In this document: one piece after another, positions 28,056 to 38,261 of the stretch | Numbering within the stretch: the first letter of the stretch is position 1 | How the letters are laid out: each line of letters starts with the position of its first letter | Source of the DNA: an uncultured Methylomirabilota bacterium | GTDB taxonomy: Bacteria > Methylomirabilota > Methylomirabilia > Methylomirabilales > 2-02-FULL-66-22 | Length of the DNA stretch: 64,000 nt | Assembly: GCA_963705305.1 (NCBI GenBank) | Contig: OY970067.1 | Location: forward strand, 512,001 to 576,000 | Direction of reading: 5' to 3' | The notes under the pieces: generated by a model | The model's input: only the letters and a program-made list of their open reading frames with translations | Told to the model about the DNA's origin: nothing | The model's database searches: none | Made by a program: the position numbers and the translations under genes

Positions 28056-28388
28056 TCACGCCTCCTTCCGGCCCTTGGCCAGCTGGTCGATGTAGCCGCT
28101 CGCGGCGAGCTTCGGGATGTCCTTGAGGGACGGCACCTTGAAATAGTCCTTCAGGTGCGTCTCCGCCGCCGTGCCCTCGATGCCCTGGGCGGCCAGGAGC
28201 CGGAAGAGGTACCGCTTCTGGGGGTCGGTCATCTTCTCCTCGTTGCTCCCCCCCGAGTTATTCCCGCCGGCCGCCCGGGCCTCTTTGGCCGGAACCGGGG
28301 CGTCGGTGAACTCCTCCACCTCCGCGAGGAGCACGGCAAACGGGGTGCTGTCCGGGTTCTTGAGCGTCACCTTCCAGAGCTTGCCCAT
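28056..28388 (-). CDS. hypothetical protein
   Basis: AGGAGG RBS; MTDPQKRYLFRL motif; in operon. Confidence 0.7.
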   Translation of the reverse strand: MGKLWKVTLKNPDSTPFAVLLAEVEEFTDAPVPAKEARAAGGNNSGGSNEEKMTDPQKRYLFRLLAAQGIEGTAAETHLKDYFKVPSLKDIPKLAASGYIDQLAKGRKEA

Positions 28389-28419
28389 GGGCGTTGTCCT
28401 CCTCTAGGGTTTGGGGTTG

Positions 28420-29154
28420 TCAGTTCGCTGACGCGTGCAGGCCGAAGAACTTGCCAAGCTTCGTCGTGGCCGCGAAGGCCGGGGCCGGCGCCATCTCCCG
28501 GATGGCCCGGGTGAAGGCATTGTGGAGGCCCCAGGCGGTCCGAGGCTCGACATCCGGCATCTGCTCGGGATTGGGCTTGAAGTAGGCGGCCGTCACCCAG
28601 GGGAAGAACCGGATGGGGAGGATCTCCTGGGCGAAGACCTCGAATACGAGGAGCTTTGCCTCCTGGTCCTCCAGGGCTCGCTCGCGGAGTCCCGCAATCT
28701 GCCCCCTGAGGGTGGTGAGATGCTCCTGGTAGCGGTCGATGGCGATGCTGATGTCCGCGTTCAGGTTGAACTTGACGGTGTGCTTCCGCCGGAGGGCGAT
28801 GAGGTCCCCGGAAAAGCAGAGGTTATCGCAGACGAAGACCTTGACCCCTACGGCGATTTCGAGCGCCATAGAGCGGTCATTCGCCGTCCGGATCCCCATG
28901 GCGGCGCAGCACTCCGGCGTGTCGCCCTCGATGGAGAGGTCGAGCACCCCGAAGAGCCGGGCGCCGTCCCGTTGGATGGCGAACTTTTCATTGAGAATCG
29001 AGATGCGCCGCACCATGAGCTGCCGGTCGATCGCCTCGATGAGGTCCCCATGGGCGACGGGCTTCCAGGTTGATGTTCCTACGGGCGGCGGGATGGTCAG
29101 GAGTTCCGTCCGGGTGACGAGCTGGCTGTTGCTGTGGGACAGGGTTCCGTTCAT
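28420..29154 (-). CDS. DUF932/DUF945-family protein
   Basis: VFVCDNL...RRKHT and TAWGLHNAFT. Confidence 0.8.
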   Translation of the reverse strand: MNGTLSHSNSQLVTRTELLTIPPPVGTSTWKPVAHGDLIEAIDRQLMVRRISILNEKFAIQRDGARLFGVLDLSIEGDTPECCAAMGIRTANDRSMALEIAVGVKVFVCDNLCFSGDLIALRRKHTVKFNLNADISIAIDRYQEHLTTLRGQIAGLRERALEDQEAKLLVFEVFAQEILPIRFFPWVTAAYFKPNPEQMPDVEPRTAWGLHNAFTRAIREMAPAPAFAATTKLGKFFGLHASAN

Positions 29155-29363
29155 CGGCGTAATCCTCCTTGTTGTGCTGATCGGATCGGGGTCGGGACTC
29201 TCTCGCTGGCGACCGTCGTCGCGTCTTCACCTCCTGTCGGCTGCCGGTCGGCGAGGGCCGCCTCGACCACCCGGTTCACCCAGGTCGTCATGGCGACGCC
29301 GGCTGCCCGGGCCGCGTGATAGATCCGAGGAATCAGGTCGTCTCGAATCTGGGGGCTGTACAT
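29151..29363 (-). CDS. small DNA-binding-like hypothetical protein
   Basis: AAAGGAGG RBS; MYSPQIRDDLIPRIYH; overlaps the next start. Confidence 0.7.
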   Translation of the reverse strand: MYSPQIRDDLIPRIYHAARAAGVAMTTWVNRVVEAALADRQPTGGEDATTVASERVPTPIRSAQQGGLRR

Positions 29364-29508
29364 GTGACCTCCTTTCTAAGTGGTGGGTTGTGAAAGATCT
29401 GCCCTCAGGGTAGGGAATGGACAGGAGGCCACAAGGCGGGGAAAGGTGCCGGCGGCGGCCAGATTGAGCGACTTGGCAGGCGTTTGATTGGATTAGACGA
29501 TTGACGGA

Positions 29509-30711
29509 ATGGCCACCCAGGACACAAACCCGATTACCGCCCTCGCCCGCACGGACTTCCGTGGCGGGGGCAAGGTGTTTGGCATCAAGCAGGCGGACCG
29601 GCGCGCACACATGTACCTCATCGGGAAGACGGGCACAGGGAAATCCACGCTCCTGGCGACGCTGGTCCGGCAGGACATTGAAGCCGGCCGCGGGCTGGCG
29701 CTCCTGGACCCCCATGGTGACTTGGTCGAAAAGCTTCTGGGGGCGGTCCCCGGGAGCAGGAAGGAAGATTTGATCTACTTCAACGTCCCGGATGCGTCCC
29801 GCCCCCTGGGCTTCAATCCCCTGGAGCGGGTCCCACCCCGGAAACGGTCCCTGGCCGCGGCCGGGCTCCTCGAAGTCTTCAAGATGATCTGGGCCGATTC
29901 TTGGGGCCCCCGGCTGGAGCACATCTTGCGAAATGCCCTCCTCGCCCTCGTGGAACAGCCGGAGGCGACGCTGGCGGACATTCTGCGCCTGCTCGATGAC
30001 CGCGCCTTCCGACGGCTAGCGGCTTCCCGAGTCGCCAGCCCGCAGGTCCGGGATTTTTGGCTCCGGGAGTACGAAAACTACCCTCCGCGCTTCCGGGCGG
30101 AGGCCATCGCGCCGATCCAGAACAAGGTGGGGGCGTTCCTGGCCGACCCGCTCCTACACCGGATCCTGACGCAACCCCGGAGTGCGTTTGATCTCCGACA
30201 GGCGATGGATGAAGGGAAGATCTTGCTGGTCAATCTGGCCAAGGGGAAGATCGGCGGGGATACAGCCGCGCTGCTCGGCGCCCTGTTGGTGGCCAGGATC
30301 GGGCTGGCCGCCGTGAGTCGGGCGGATGTGCCGGAGGAGGAACGGCGGGACTTCTACCTGTACCTCGATGAGTTCCAGAGCTTCACCACGCTGAGCCTCG
30401 CGAACATGCTGTCTGAATTGCGCAAGTACCGGGTCGGAATGATCCTATCCCACCAGTACCTCTCGCAGCTCGATCTTCAGGTGCGAGATGCCATCCTGGG
30501 GAACGTGGGGACGATCATCTGCTTCAGGGTGGGACTGGCGGATGCGGAGATTTTGGAGAAGGAGTTTCGGCCGGAGTTCTCGGCGCTGGACTTGGTCGGG
30601 CTCCCGAATTACCACATCTACCTGAGACTGATGGTGGACGGAGTGGTCTCGAAGCCGTTCAGTGCGAAGACGGTGCAATCCTTTGTCGGGACCCCGTCGG
30701 CGTCAAGATAG
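29509..30711 (+). CDS. VirD4/TraD-like coupling-protein ATPase (no TM anchor)
   Basis: HMYLIGKTGTGKS, LDPHGDL, YLDEFQSF, LSELRKY, HQYLSQL, ILGNVGT. Confidence 0.9.
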   Translation: MATQDTNPITALARTDFRGGGKVFGIKQADRRAHMYLIGKTGTGKSTLLATLVRQDIEAGRGLALLDPHGDLVEKLLGAVPGSRKEDLIYFNVPDASRPLGFNPLERVPPRKRSLAAAGLLEVFKMIWADSWGPRLEHILRNALLALVEQPEATLADILRLLDDRAFRRLAASRVASPQVRDFWLREYENYPPRFRAEAIAPIQNKVGAFLADPLLHRILTQPRSAFDLRQAMDEGKILLVNLAKGKIGGDTAALLGALLVARIGLAAVSRADVPEEERRDFYLYLDEFQSFTTLSLANMLSELRKYRVGMILSHQYLSQLDLQVRDAILGNVGTIICFRVGLADAEILEKEFRPEFSALDLVGLPNYHIYLRLMVDGVVSKPFSAKTVQSFVGTPSASR

Positions 30712-30983
30712 CATAGCCCGTCTATCCTGGGAGGCTGCCTCGCGCCCACGTGCACGACGCGCCATGACGATCCGGGGCAGCGAGGTCCGCGCACCACAAG
30801 CTCCTTCCCCGGGAGCGACCAACCCCGACGACTCCCGACCGGCGCGCATGTTGCGTATCGCGCCCCCTCTACCTTCCCCGTCGCCTGGGCGATGCTCGGT
30901 CTTGGCGGCGACGTCCAGCGCCAGCAGCGCAGAGAGCCGGAGCCGCCTGCGCTCTCAGGGGGCGGGGCATAACCTACAAAACT

Positions 30984-31427
30984 ATGAAAGGAGAAACACA
31001 AACAACCATCACCACTGAGCAGCGGAAGGCGTTTGCCGAACTGCTCAAGCCCAACGGCGCAGCGAGGGAACGCGCCATGTCGGCGCTCCGCGAGGCGGAA
31101 GCTGACCTGCGCAAATCGCTCATCGATGAGGAAGCGAAGAAGTGCGGTGCGGTCGAAATCGCGCGGGAGATCGTCGACTTGAAGAAGCGTCAAGCGGACC
31201 AAGAGCACACGCTCGAAGGGTTCGGCTTCAACGCTGACTCCGATGACGGCGAAGTCTCGCTGCGATACGATGCGCCACGCACCCTCAAGGACTCCATCGA
31301 CGGGCGCGTGCGCAAACAGCTCGGTACGGAGCGCGACATCGAGAGGAAGTACGACCAAGCCATGACAAAGGTCTTGACGGCGAACACGGCCGAAGAAGCG
31401 GCGAAGATCGTCGAGTCGCTTCTCTAA
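30984..31427 (+). CDS. hypothetical helical protein flanked by inverted repeats
   Basis: Protein-like charged helical ORF; inverted repeats at 30948-30968 and 31446-31465. Confidence 0.7.
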   Translation: MKGETQTTITTEQRKAFAELLKPNGAARERAMSALREAEADLRKSLIDEEAKKCGAVEIAREIVDLKKRQADQEHTLEGFGFNADSDDGEVSLRYDAPRTLKDSIDGRVRKQLGTERDIERKYDQAMTKVLTANTAEEAAKIVESLL

Positions 31428-31664
31428 CGGCGAAAGTAACTTAGCGCCCCGCCCCCGAAAGCGCACCAAGGAACGCGCACGAGCTGAACAGTTGAGGCGC
31501 AGGCGGTCGCCGAGCCGCAGGCGATCGGCGACCAGTTCAAACGTCAACCGTCTCGGACGTGACCCGCTTTCCAGAGCCCCCCACCGAGCGCTCTCGCCGG
31601 AGGGCGCGGCCAGGGAACGCCACGGCAACACGAAGGTGGCGGCTGCGACGACCGCTCCCGGTGT

Positions 31665-31886
31665 CTACACCATGTGCTCCCGCACATAGCGGAGGATCTC
31701 GGAGCCCTGGATCCGACGGCTCTCATACACGCGCCGGCGCACCGACGACTTTCCAGGCAGCACAAAGGCCTTCAGGAGGCCCGTGCGGATCTGCCGGATC
31801 ACGGTGTCCCGGGAAAAGCCGAGCATCCCCGCGACCTCCTTGACGCTGTACCACGTCTCCGGACTGAAGGAATCCAGGGTAGGCAT
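31665..31886 (-). CDS. HTH_17 (xis-like) DNA-binding protein
   Basis: YSVKEVAGMLGFSRDTVIRQIRTG.L.A. Confidence 0.75.
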   Translation of the reverse strand: MPTLDSFSPETWYSVKEVAGMLGFSRDTVIRQIRTGLLKAFVLPGKSSVRRRVYESRRIQGSEILRYVREHMV

Positions 31887-32224
31887 GACCGCCTTCCCCG
31901 CGGATTCCGCCCCCCGTTCGGGGAGCCTCCGGATAAACCGGCCTTCGTTCGGCACCGTCGACCCTTGGCCCCCCCTACCCCGACGCGGTAGAGGGGAGAG
32001 GGAGAGTGCGCCCGTTACCTGTTGAGCGTCAGGAGGTATCGAGACTTCCAAAATCTCGTCTCACCCCGGCCGCCCTGGCAGGCGGTAACGGCCGCCAAAT
32101 CCTCGCCAGCCGCCCTCCGAAATCGCCTGCTTACGTACTTTCTTCGCCGCGGCGTTCAGGTCGGTCACTGCACCGTGGAATTTCGGCTAGCAGGAGGAGG
32201 AGCTACCGACGTGAGGCCGCCTGT

Positions 32225-33742
32225 TCATTCTAGGAAGTCGTCACCTGTTCCCGGTGTCGGCTTCTTCTGATCATTGCGCGCCTGGGACTCCACGATCGGC
32301 ACCGCCCCGTAGGTCCTCCACGAGGCCTCCCGGATCTTCTCCCCCCGCCACGCCGGCGGCTCCTCCATCGGTTCCGGCGTCCGGAGGGGTATCGCAAAGG
32401 CCCCGCCACCGAGCCGGGCCATCGCCTGCCCGGGCCGCAGTGCCACCAGGTTCTCTAGGGGGACCGGCCGCGCGAGATCTCCCGTCAGCGGATCTTCCAG
32501 GAATTCTTTCCGCACCGCCGTGGCATCCTTGGCGCTCAGGGTGAAGGCGACGATGGAGGCCACGTTGCCGAAGATCTCATCCTGGAGCCCTTGCGGGAGT
32601 TGCGAGGGAAATTGATGCGCAAGCGTGAGGGCGAGGCCGTAGCGCCGGCCCCGCGACAGGAGCTCCCGCCAGGTCCCCTCAGCCACCCCGGCAAAGGTCT
32701 GGAACTCGTCGGCGTAGAGGTAGAAGGGGGTGCGCGCCTCCTGGGGGATGCTCTCCCGCCGCATCAGCTCCAGCTGGAACTTGGCGAGGAGCATCTGACC
32801 GAGGAGGAGCATGCTGTCCGGGGCGAGGCCGGAGAGGTCGAAGAAGAGGATCTTCCCCTCGGCCAGGGCCTCCCGGAGGGAGAAGCTCGATGCCGGGGAA
32901 CAGAGGGCCCGGCGCACGGGGAGCGGCCGGAGGAACTGGTCGAGGCGGTTCACGAGGGGGAGGTGCGCTCCCTTCGGGTAGCTGGGGTAGGTCTTGAGCC
33001 AGAAGTCCCGGAGGTACTCGTCGGGCATGCCTTGGGCGATCTCGGTCCGGTACGCCGAATCTTCCAGGAGCCGCTTCACGTCCCAGAGGGTGGCCTCCGG
33101 CCTGCCCGTGAGGCAGGCGAAGGCGTTGGCCAGGATCGGGGACATCCGGGCGCCGAACTCGTCCTCCCCCACCGCCCGCTTGAAGATGGCGAAGAGGTCC
33201 TCCCCGGCCCGCCCGCGGTCATCCCCATTCTCCACGGCGAGCGGGTTGAACGTGACCGGGTTCTTGGGGTGCCCCGGCGCGAAGTAGATCACCTCCGCCG
33301 CCCGGTCCGCCGGGACGAGGGGGAGGAGCCAGTCGCGGAAGAGCTCGGCCTCCGGGGCGATGACCCCGACCCCCCGGCCTTCCTCCAGATCCTCCGCGAT
33401 CAGGTGCAGGAGGAGGGTCGTCTTGCCGGAGCCGGTCTTCCCCACCACGTACAGGTGCTTCCGCCGCTCGTCGAGGGGGAGGAGCGCCGGGAAGCGGTAG
33501 AAGGTCGTCCCGAGCCGGATGGCGGGGACCTCGGAGAGCGCATCCACGAACGCGTCTTCCGGTTTCTTGCCTGCCTCAACTCCAGCACGGAAGGGCGCCC
33601 GGAGGAAGGGGAAATAGCGGTCCAGGTCGACGAGGATCGCCGCCGTTGCCTTCTCCTGCTCTTGTCGCTCGTAGGCGTCCCGGGCCTGCTGGCGCCGGGC
33701 CGCATCCTCTCTCTCGCGCTTCGCCCAGAAGTGAAAGTGCAT
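32225..33742 (-). CDS. second VirD4/TraD-like ATPase
   Basis: HLYVVGKTGSGKT, YADEFQTF, LSRGRRYG, AHQFPSQL, IFGNV. Confidence 0.88.
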   Translation of the reverse strand: MHFHFWAKREREDAARRQQARDAYERQEQEKATAAILVDLDRYFPFLRAPFRAGVEAGKKPEDAFVDALSEVPAIRLGTTFYRFPALLPLDERRKHLYVVGKTGSGKTTLLLHLIAEDLEEGRGVGVIAPEAELFRDWLLPLVPADRAAEVIYFAPGHPKNPVTFNPLAVENGDDRGRAGEDLFAIFKRAVGEDEFGARMSPILANAFACLTGRPEATLWDVKRLLEDSAYRTEIAQGMPDEYLRDFWLKTYPSYPKGAHLPLVNRLDQFLRPLPVRRALCSPASSFSLREALAEGKILFFDLSGLAPDSMLLLGQMLLAKFQLELMRRESIPQEARTPFYLYADEFQTFAGVAEGTWRELLSRGRRYGLALTLAHQFPSQLPQGLQDEIFGNVASIVAFTLSAKDATAVRKEFLEDPLTGDLARPVPLENLVALRPGQAMARLGGGAFAIPLRTPEPMEEPPAWRGEKIREASWRTYGAVPIVESQARNDQKKPTPGTGDDFLE

Positions 33743-33818
33743 GCCCGTCCCTCCGGCGAGGACCACGGCCCGGAGGACGACGACCCCCGCGGCCCCGGGG
33801 TCCCGCGCGGGGAACCCG

Positions 33819-34340
33819 CTACGAGAGGCCGAATATCCCCTTCGATTTCCAGTCGGTCGCGACCTCCAGGTGGCGCTTCGCCTTGATCTCTTCCACGGCG
33901 CTGCGGACCGCCTCGTGGACGACGGTCGTCCACGCCTTGAGGTCTTGCAGGTCGAACACATCCGGGTTCCGGAGGATGCCCAGGAGGTTGAGGAGCCGGT
34001 TCAGGATAGGGATGCGGGCCAGGAGGGCGAGGATCAATCCCCGCGTGGAGCCCGAGAGGTGCCAGCAGACGTCGAGCGTCGCGCCGTAGTCGCGCGCGAA
34101 GACGCACAGGAGGTGGTCCCGGAAGCGCGCGTTCGCGACGACGAGGCCGTCGCGGCGTTTCCCGGCGAGGCCCTTCACGGCGTTCGGGGCAATACTCTCC
34201 CGCCGCCAGGCCGCGTCCGGGGGGTGGAGCCGCGTGAGGTGGGCCTCCACGGCCTGGAGGAGGCCCTCCCCTTCCCCGTTGCATTCCTCCAGGATCGTCC
34301 CCCACTCTTCCTGGACCTTCTGTCGCATCAGGGTGATCAT
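33819..34340 (-). CDS. hypothetical protein (central hydrophobic segment)
   Basis: GGAGG RBS; protein-like; upstream of the VirD4-like gene. Confidence 0.65.
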   Translation of the reverse strand: MITLMRQKVQEEWGTILEECNGEGEGLLQAVEAHLTRLHPPDAAWRRESIAPNAVKGLAGKRRDGLVVANARFRDHLLCVFARDYGATLDVCWHLSGSTRGLILALLARIPILNRLLNLLGILRNPDVFDLQDLKAWTTVVHEAVRSAVEEIKAKRHLEVATDWKSKGIFGLS

Positions 34341-34651
34341 GCCCGGCCCTCCACCCCTACCTGGGGCCAAGAGTGAAGTGAATATACCCCACCCGATTGA
34401 GCCAATGTCAAAGGAACTCCGCCGCTTGCTGGCAACCGGCGCGCGGGATTCGGCAGCAAATCCCGGCGCTTGCCGAAGACGCCCCTGGGCCAGCCGCATG
34501 CGACACGCTCGCGGCGCCCGGTTCGGTTGGGGGCGTTGTGCTTCTGGAGGTTCCCCTCGATGGCCTGGAGCATCCCTTCGGCCTGGCCTTGGCACGGCTC
34601 CAGCACGGTCGGCCACTGCCCGACGATTCGGCCTCTCTTGAGTGTAATCAT
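34337..34651 (-). pseudogene. truncated paralogue of 33819-34340
   Basis: MITL...W.T.LE.C.G..EG.LQA.E..L...GKRRD shared by both. Confidence 0.65.
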
Positions 34652-35037
34652 GGCGCCCCCTCCTCCGCGCTGCGTCGTTCCCCGTTCGCATCAGCCTGGC
34701 GTCCCAGGCGTCCGACGTACAGCCGATGGAGGAGCGTGTCCTCCTTGCTGCCAAATCCGGTCAGCATGACGCCGTGGAGCACGCCCCCGGCGAGTCGCTC
34801 GGCCCACACCACCACCCCGCGGAGCCGGAGGCCGAGGCCGTGGAGATTGCACCGGGCCTCGATCAGGCTCTCCGGCGGCACGAGGGTGTCCAGGAAGAGG
34901 CAGCAGCCGCTCCCCGACAGGTCGTAGAGCACCCCCCGGAAGGCGAGGGGCGGGCTCACCGAGACCCCGTCCACGCGGTGCCGTGTCACATAGCGGGGGA
35001 GCCGGCGACGCTCCGAGTCTGAGCTGTTACCCACCAT
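34648..35037 (-). CDS. single-domain PilZ protein
   Basis: ERRRLPR and DLSGSG. Confidence 0.8.
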   Translation of the reverse strand: MVGNSSDSERRRLPRYVTRHRVDGVSVSPPLAFRGVLYDLSGSGCCLFLDTLVPPESLIEARCNLHGLGLRLRGVVVWAERLAGGVLHGVMLTGFGSKEDTLLHRLYVGRLGRQADANGERRSAEEGAP

Positions 35038-35163
35038 CAAGGGCTCCCGCTCTCCAAAGTCGGAATCGACGCTCACGCCGTCCGGAACAGGCGGATGCGT
35101 TCTCCGTCTCTGACATTGTTTCGCACCGCAGGAATCCAGTCTTCTCGCCCATCGCTCTCCCTG

Positions 35164-35640
35164 TCAACGGGCCATCCCGCTGAGACCTGATCCTTCCTGC
35201 CGGGTCTCGGAGGACGGTCGCGGCCGAAGTGCCGCGATGGCTCGGCGTAGCTCCTCGGCGTCGACCGGCTTCTTGAGCACGCCGTTGGCCCCCGCCTCCA
35301 TTCCAGCGAGGAAGCATTCGTCCCCCGCTCCCGTGAGGAGGAGCACGGGAATGGCCTTCGTGCGCGGGTCTCCCTTGAGCGCCCGGCACACATGGAGACC
35401 GTCTAAGCCTGGCATGGCCACATCGCAGAGGAGAAGATCGGGCGAGCGAGCGGCTACGGCAGTAAGGGCGCTCGGACCGTCGCGCACCATCTCGCTTTCG
35501 CAGCCGAGAGTCCGGATGAGCTCCGCCAGGAGCGCCCGGAGGAGCGGGTCCTCCGCCGCGATGAGGATGCGGAGCCGCCGGAGGTTGTCACCGGGAGGCA
35601 GCCCGGGACCATCCGGACGCTCGTCGGGCGGGGACTGCAC
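35164..35640 (-). CDS. single-domain response regulator
   Basis: PDLLLCDVAMPGLDG...IPVLLLT...KP. Confidence 0.85.
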   Translation of the reverse strand: MQSPPDERPDGPGLPPGDNLRRLRILIAAEDPLLRALLAELIRTLGCESEMVRDGPSALTAVAARSPDLLLCDVAMPGLDGLHVCRALKGDPRTKAIPVLLLTGAGDECFLAGMEAGANGVLKKPVDAEELRRAIAALRPRPSSETRQEGSGLSGMAR

Positions 35641-35663
35641 GCGGAGACCCCCCTGCTCCGCCG

Positions 35664-36233
35664 TCAGCGGAGGCGGTCGTCCTTGAAGACGATCTCCAGG
35701 ACGGCGTGGATGTCCGTGAGCTTGATCGGCTTCCGGAGGAGCATGGCCGGCCCGTACTCCAGGGCCGCGAGAGTTTTCTCATGATCCGGGAAGCCGGTTA
35801 TCAGCACGACGAGGGCATCGGGGTCTCGTCGCTTCACGGCTTGGAGGAGGGAGGCGCCGCTGATCCCAGGCAGGAGGATGTCGAGGAAGATGAGGTCGAA
35901 GTGCGCCTTGCGGAGGCACCGGAGAGCCTCCCGGCCGTCGGTCGCCAGGGCCACCTGGTACCCCCGGGCGGTGAGGGCGGCCTCGAAGGCCTCTCGGACC
36001 ACCGCCTCGTCATCCACCACCAGGATGCGCTTGGGGGGCGGACCCGTCAGCGTGGCGGGGATGCGGCGCGCGGCGAGGAAGGTGCGGAGGGCGGGCCGGG
36101 GGATCCGGTACCGGCCCCGCGGGACCCGGTAGGCTCCGAGCTTCCCGGTCCGGACCCAGTCGTAGACCACGACTCGGGTGACGTGCAGGAGCCGGGCGAC
36201 CTCCCCGGTGGTCAGGGGCTTCTCGTCGGACAC
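35664..36233 (-). CDS. excisionase-type HTH + receiver domain regulator
   Basis: LTTGEVARLL...G.YRI followed by ILVVDDE...FLDILLPG...KP. Confidence 0.88.
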   Translation of the reverse strand: MSDEKPLTTGEVARLLHVTRVVVYDWVRTGKLGAYRVPRGRYRIPRPALRTFLAARRIPATLTGPPPKRILVVDDEAVVREAFEAALTARGYQVALATDGREALRCLRKAHFDLIFLDILLPGISGASLLQAVKRRDPDALVVLITGFPDHEKTLAALEYGPAMLLRKPIKLTDIHAVLEIVFKDDRLR

Positions 36234-36426
36234 GCTGTGAGCCCCCCTCTACACTTCTTTAGAAAGTTAAAGTACTTCCTGTCTCCCCTCGCTGTCAACC
36301 AAAAAGTCCGGCAGAAAATCTGGCGGTGGGACCCGGTTGCTGGTAATCTCCAGCTCGGATGGGTCACCTGCCTGCGGCCCAGCCCAAGTATCCAACAACC
36401 GAAGGTCCGCACCTACAGGAGGACGC

Positions 36427-36702
36427 ATGGCCATCAATCTGAGACCTACCTTGCGGAAGGTGTTGGCGGAACTCCAGGCAGAGCGGACAAAGATTTCGCG
36501 CCAGATCGCAACCATCCAGCAGGTGCTAGCCGCTGAGCGGTCAGGGCGTCCGCGGGTCAGGGGGCGGGCCGCGTCGCGGCCCAAGCGGACCAGCAAACCC
36601 ATGAGCGCGGCAGCCAAGAGGGCCTTGAGTCAACGGATGAAGGCCTACTGGGCGAAGTGGAGGGCGGAGGCGGCAAAGCGCAAGGCCCCAGCCGGGAGGT
36701 AA
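36427..36702 (+). CDS. small basic coiled-coil protein (possible nucleoid-associated)
   Basis: AGGAGG RBS; MSAAAKRALSQRMKAYWAK. Confidence 0.65.
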   Translation: MAINLRPTLRKVLAELQAERTKISRQIATIQQVLAAERSGRPRVRGRAASRPKRTSKPMSAAAKRALSQRMKAYWAKWRAEAAKRKAPAGR

Positions 36703-36795
36703 CCTGACCCTACATTCCTCATCCCGGTGGCCCTCTCGGAGGCGGGCACGAAGCTCGGACCCATATCCACGGCATTCAGACCCCGGAGATCCCCC

Positions 36796-36918
36796 ATGGC
36801 GCAGCACAATTCAAAATGGGATAGTGAACACGTGGCGATGGTGTGCATCGCCCTGGGCGCAATCTTGACGCTCGTGTGGCTCGTTTGGAAGGTGCTCGCC
36901 TGGTGGATCGCCCGGTGA
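36796..36918 (+). CDS. small single-TM protein
   Basis: GGAG RBS; 40 aa with a hydrophobic helix. Confidence 0.4.
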   Translation: MAQHNSKWDSEHVAMVCIALGAILTLVWLVWKVLAWWIAR

Positions 36919-37251
36919 GATGCCGGAATGATGAGAGGTCGGTGAGGTCCGGAAAGAGAGAGGAACGCAGGCCAGAAGAAGCCGGGGGCGTGCGCTGCCC
37001 CAGAGCATTCGAGAGAGTGGACTCTCCCAACCGACCGGGGAATGTCCTTGACGCGGCCATCATCGGGCAGGCATCCTGGACAATGTACGCTCGGTTTCAG
37101 ACGGCTCTGGCGGCCGACGAGGGCACGAACGCGACGACCCGGGCTCTCTTCGCGGCTCTGCGGACCGGGGGCGGGGTGGCCGGCCCCGTCCAGAGTGGGG
37201 CCGCAGTCTCCTGTCGCCACCCCTGCCGAGATACATCCACGGAGACCGCCC

Positions 37252-37704
37252 ATGTTCCGCAAGCGACCGGGCGAGGAGCCCCCGGAGCTCCCCCAGCGTA
37301 CACGGGAGGCTGAGGTCGACGTGCCGGAGACGGTGATCGCCCACGGCTCGACGGTTCACGGGAGCATTCAGGGGCGGAACACGGTGCGCATCGCCGGCTT
37401 TCTGGAAGGGCAGATCAGTATCGGAGGCCTGGCCTGGATTGAGAGGCCCGGAGAGGTCCAGGGCACGGTCACGGCCCGCGAGGTGATCGTGGAAGGCCAG
37501 GTCCGAGGGGATATCGAGTCCTCCGGGAAGATCGACATCCGGGCCAGCGGCCGGATCCTCGGCAACCTGCGCTGCGTCACGCTCATCATGGCCGAGGGTT
37601 GCTTCGTCCACGGGGAAATCAGGATGCCGGGGGATCAGACTCCGCCGCTGACCCCTGTGAAGAAGGGGCAGAGCGCGGAGGACGAGCCGAAAACCGGTGC
37701 CTGA
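37252..37704 (+). CDS. bactofilin (polymer-forming cytoskeletal protein)
   Basis: [14 protein letters not shown]...VRIAG.LEG.I beta-helix repeats. Confidence 0.88.
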   Translation: MFRKRPGEEPPELPQRTREAEVDVPETVIAHGSTVHGSIQGRNTVRIAGFLEGQISIGGLAWIERPGEVQGTVTAREVIVEGQVRGDIESSGKIDIRASGRILGNLRCVTLIMAEGCFVHGEIRMPGDQTPPLTPVKKGQSAEDEPKTGA

Positions 37705-37793
37705 CTCCGGGTAAGCGGGCACCGGGTCAACGTCGTCGCTGGGTTCCCGCCGATGCCACGATCGCGCTTGCGGGGGAGGGGAAAGACAGGTCC

Positions 37794-38261
37794 ATGGGGT
37801 ACACGAAGATCGCGATGGAGCACGACAAGAAGATCGCCCTGGTCGCCCACGACAACAAGAAGCGGGAGCTGGTGGAGTGGGCCAAGTATAACCGGGATCT
37901 CCTGGCGCACCACACGGTGTATGCCACCGGCACGACCGGCAAGATCCTGGAAGAGGAGTTGGGCTTCAAAATTACCAAGCTCCAGAGCGGGCCCCTGGGC
38001 GGGGACCAGCAAATCGGCGGCAAGATTGCGGAAGGGAGCGTCGATTTCCTCATCTTCTTCTGGGACCCGCTCGAACCGATGCCCCATGATCCCGATGTCA
38101 AGGCGCTCCTGCGGCTGGCGGTGGTCTGGAACATTCCCGTGGCCTGCAACCGCGCCACGGCCGATTTCATGATCTCCTCCCCCCTCATGGATGGAGAATA
38201 TGACCGGCTGATGCTCGATTACGAGGAGTATCGCGCCCGGAAGGTGCCGGGGGCCGAATGA
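37794..38261 (+). CDS. mgsA: methylglyoxal synthase
   Basis: [38 protein letters not shown]. Confidence 0.97.
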   Translation: MGYTKIAMEHDKKIALVAHDNKKRELVEWAKYNRDLLAHHTVYATGTTGKILEEELGFKITKLQSGPLGGDQQIGGKIAEGSVDFLIFFWDPLEPMPHDPDVKALLRLAVVWNIPVACNRATADFMISSPLMDGEYDRLMLDYEEYRARKVPGAE

